Shown in pieces: positions 29,388 through 31,788 of a stretch of DNA of 31,788 nucleotides. Position 1 is the stretch's first letter; each line of letters starts with the position of its first letter. The position numbers were made by a program, and so were the translations under genes. The notes beneath the pieces are model-generated. The model saw nothing but the letters and a program-made list of their open reading frames with translations. It was not told the origin of the DNA and did no database searches. The DNA comes from Candidatus Limnocylindrales bacterium (GTDB lineage: Bacteria; Chloroflexota; Limnocylindria; Limnocylindrales; CSP1-4). The stretch covers positions 1 through 31,788 of the forward strand of contig JBJKRK010000296.1 of assembly GCA_046704705.1 (NCBI GenBank), written 5' to 3'.

Positions 29388-30358
29388 ACGTCCTGCTGAT
29401 CCAGGGCGTGCTCCTCGCGTTCGCGCTCGTCGTGATCCTCATGCGTCCGTACCTGCAGCTGCTCCGCTGGCTCGGATTCGGCAAGCACGTCCGCGAGGAG
29501 GAGCCCGACAGCCACTACGGCAAAGAGGGCACGCCCACCATGGGCGGCCTGCTCCTCATCGTCGTCGTCAGCGTGCTGGCCGTGCTGCTCGGCCTGGTCG
29601 ACGCCTCGACCTTCGCCCCGCTGCTCGCGCTCGTCGGCGTCGGGGTGCTGGGGGGCGTGGACGACTACCTGAACGCGCGGACCGGCCAGGGGATCAGCGC
29701 GCGGCAGAAGCTCATCTGGCAGACGGCGGTGGCCATCCTCGCCGCGATCTACATCCAGCGCCACTACGACTTCACCGGGTTCCGGGTGCCGTTCGTGGGC
29801 GACGTGCACGTGGACCCGTGGATCTTCGTCGTCTGCGCGGCGATCGCCATCATCGGGGCGAGCAACGGGGTGAACATCACCGACGGGCTGGACGGGCTCG
29901 CCGCCGGGACGCTGATCTTCGCCTACACGGCGTTCGCGATCATCTCGCTGCTGAACCAGCCGCGGCAGGAGAACCTGGCGATCTTCTCGATGCTGATCAT
30001 CGGGGCGCTCCTCGGCTTCCTCTGGTTCAACGTCCATCCGGCGCAGATCTTCATGGGCGACTCGGGCGCGTTATCCCTCGGGGCGACGCTTGCCGTGACC
30101 GCGCTCATCACCGGCCAGGTGGTGATCCTGCCGTTCATCGGGGTGATCTTCGTGGTCGAGGCGGGCTCGGTGATCCTGCAGATCGCGAGCGTCAAGCTCA
30201 TCGGCCGGCGCATCTTCCGGTACACGCCGATCCATTACCAGTTCGAGCTGGGCGGCTGGGACGAAGAGAAGATCACCATGCGCTTCTGGATCGTCGCGGC
30301 CCTGGCGGGCATGCTCGGGGTGGTCCTCTTCCTCTCCTCGCTGCACATGCTGGAGTAG
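29384..30358 (+). CDS. mraY: Phospho-N-acetylmuramoyl-pentapeptide transferase
   Basis: KEGTPTMGG, GVDDY, NGVNITDGLDGL, FMGDSG, PIHYQFE. Confidence 0.95.
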   Translation: MNVLLIQGVLLAFALVVILMRPYLQLLRWLGFGKHVREEEPDSHYGKEGTPTMGGLLLIVVVSVLAVLLGLVDASTFAPLLALVGVGVLGGVDDYLNARTGQGISARQKLIWQTAVAILAAIYIQRHYDFTGFRVPFVGDVHVDPWIFVVCAAIAIIGASNGVNITDGLDGLAAGTLIFAYTAFAIISLLNQPRQENLAIFSMLIIGALLGFLWFNVHPAQIFMGDSGALSLGATLAVTALITGQVVILPFIGVIFVVEAGSVILQIASVKLIGRRIFRYTPIHYQFELGGWDEEKITMRFWIVAALAGMLGVVLFLSSLHMLE

Positions 30359-30360
30359 CG

Positions 30361-31788
30361 ATGGCGACGCACCGACCCGCCCCCGTTGCAGCGATCGACC
30401 TGGGACGCCTGGACCTGGATGCGTTCCGCGATCGCCCGGTGGCCGTCCTCGGGTTCGCGCGGAGCGGCGTCGCGCTGGCGCGCTTCCTCGTCGACCGCGG
30501 CGCGCGCGTCACGGTCTACGACCTCCGACCGCCGGAGGAACTCGATGCCTCGGTGCAGGCGCTCGAAGGGCGCGACGTCCGCCTGCTGGCAGGTCCGGAG
30601 ATCGATCCGGCAGATGCGCTGCACGGGCAGGCGCTGGTCGCCTGCTCTCCGTCGGTGAGCAGCCGCTATCCCACGACCAAGCCGCGGCTCCGCGCCGCCC
30701 TCGGGGAGCTGGAACGGGCGGGCCGGACGCCCGTGGTGAGCGAGGCGGACCTGTTTCTCCGGCTCTGCCCGGCACCGACGATCGGGGTGACCGGCACCAA
30801 GGGCAAGACCACGACCAGCGCGCTGTGCGCGGCGGTGCTCGGGGCGGGCAGCGCGCCCGTGGTCCTCGGTGGCAACAACGGCACGCCCCTGGTGGAGCGG
30901 CTGCCCGAGCTGACGAGCGGACACCGCGTGGTGATCGAGCTCTCGGAGCTCCAGCTGCCGACGCTCTCGCGTGGCACGACGGTCGCGGTGTACACGCACG
31001 TCACGCAGGACCACCTGGATCGACACGGCAGCGTTGCGGCGTACCGCGCGGTGAAACGTCGCCTGGCCGAGCTCGTGGACCCCGAGGGCGCCCTCGTGCT
31101 GAACGCCGAGGACCCCGTGAGCGCCGCGTATGTCGGGCTCGGCCCCACGCAGGCCGTGCTGTACCGCCGCGATCTCCCGATCGCGGGCGGCGTGGGCGTG
31201 GTCGAAGACTGGGTCGTCGCCGGCGGTGTCACCCGACTCCCCCTGGCGGGCGTGGGCGCCGCTGCGACGGGGCCCCGCGGGCGGCTGCTCCCGCTGGGCG
31301 AGATCCCCGTGCCCGGCGCGCACAACGTGAGCAATGTGCTCGCGGCGGTGGCCGTGGGCCTGCTGTTCGGCGTGGCGCCCGACGCCATCCGCCGCGCCGT
31401 CGCGGAGTTCCGCGGCGTGCCGCACCGCCTGGAGCCGGTGGCCCAAGTGGACGGCGTGTCGTTCGTGAACGACTCGATGGGCACCCAGCCCGACGCGGTC
31501 GTGGCGGCGCTGCGCAGCTTCGCCCCGCCGATCGTGCTGATCGCGGGCGGTCGGGACAAGGGCGTGCCGCTCGAGGACCTGGCCCGGGAGGCGGCCGCCC
31601 GTGCGTGGGCGGTGGTGTTGATCGGAGAGAGCGCCCCGCTGCTGGAGCAAGCGCTGCGTGCCGCCGGGCATCCGCGGGTCGAGCGTGCCCGCAGCCTGGA
31701 CCAGGCCGTGCGGCGTGCGGACGCCCTGGCCCGCGAGGCGTCTGGCGGCGGCCGGGCCACGGTGCTGCTCAGCCCGGCAGCCGCGAGC
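30361..31788 (+). CDS. murD: UDP-MurNAc-L-Ala:D-Glu ligase (3'-truncated by the window end)
   Basis: Manually translated from ATG 30361: VAVLGFARSG, GVTGTKGKTTT, GGNNG, ELSELQL, HLDRHG, GVPHRLE, VNDSMGT, LIAGGRDKG, ending in VLLSPAAAS with no stop. Confidence 0.92.
   Translation, partial: MATHRPAPVAAIDLGRLDLDAFRDRPVAVLGFARSGVALARFLVDRGARVTVYDLRPPEELDASVQALEGRDVRLLAGPEIDPADALHGQALVACSPSVSSRYPTTKPRLRAALGELERAGRTPVVSEADLFLRLCPAPTIGVTGTKGKTTTSALCAAVLGAGSAPVVLGGNNGTPLVERLPELTSGHRVVIELSELQLPTLSRGTTVAVYTHVTQDHLDRHGSVAAYRAVKRRLAELVDPEGALVLNAEDPVSAAYVGLGPTQAVLYRRDLPIAGGVGVVEDWVVAGGVTRLPLAGVGAAATGPRGRLLPLGEIPVPGAHNVSNVLAAVAVGLLFGVAPDAIRRAVAEFRGVPHRLEPVAQVDGVSFVNDSMGTQPDAVVAALRSFAPPIVLIAGGRDKGVPLEDLAREAAARAWAVVLIGESAPLLEQALRAAGHPRVERARSLDQAVRRADALAREASGGGRATVLLSPAAAS

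Overview
High-GC bacterial chromosomal window with no mobile element, CRISPR array, rRNA or tRNA. The gene set resembles Chloroflexota; this is recalled, not verified. Left to right: a GT39/PMT-like membrane glycosyltransferase, an amidohydrolase, a class I flavin-disulfide oxidoreductase, a Tag-like DNA glycosylase, a 122-aa hypothetical, parB-parA (minus strand), a propionyl-CoA to fumarate supercluster (pccB, biotin carboxylase, BCCP, methylmalonyl-CoA mutase, epimerase; sucCD; sdhCDAB), RNase HI, RNase P RNA (rnpB), a small Cys-rich protein, an MFS transporter, and the start of the dcw cluster (mraZ, rsmH, a 66-aa unknown ORF, ftsL, ftsI, murF, mraY, truncated murD; no murE). The standout is a candidate ParABS system with a non-canonical centromere. 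The perfect 16-bp palindrome GTCTTTGCGCAAAGAC occurs three times within 3.3 kb around parAB (7250, 8939, 10535), once inside parB using rare codons. By manual alignment, the ParB HTH differs at all four known specificity positions (K-R-D-S versus R-T-A-G). The parA promoter carries DnaA boxes, with helically phased CTGACG repeats just upstream. All calls come from reading sequence and ORF translations; no searches were run.
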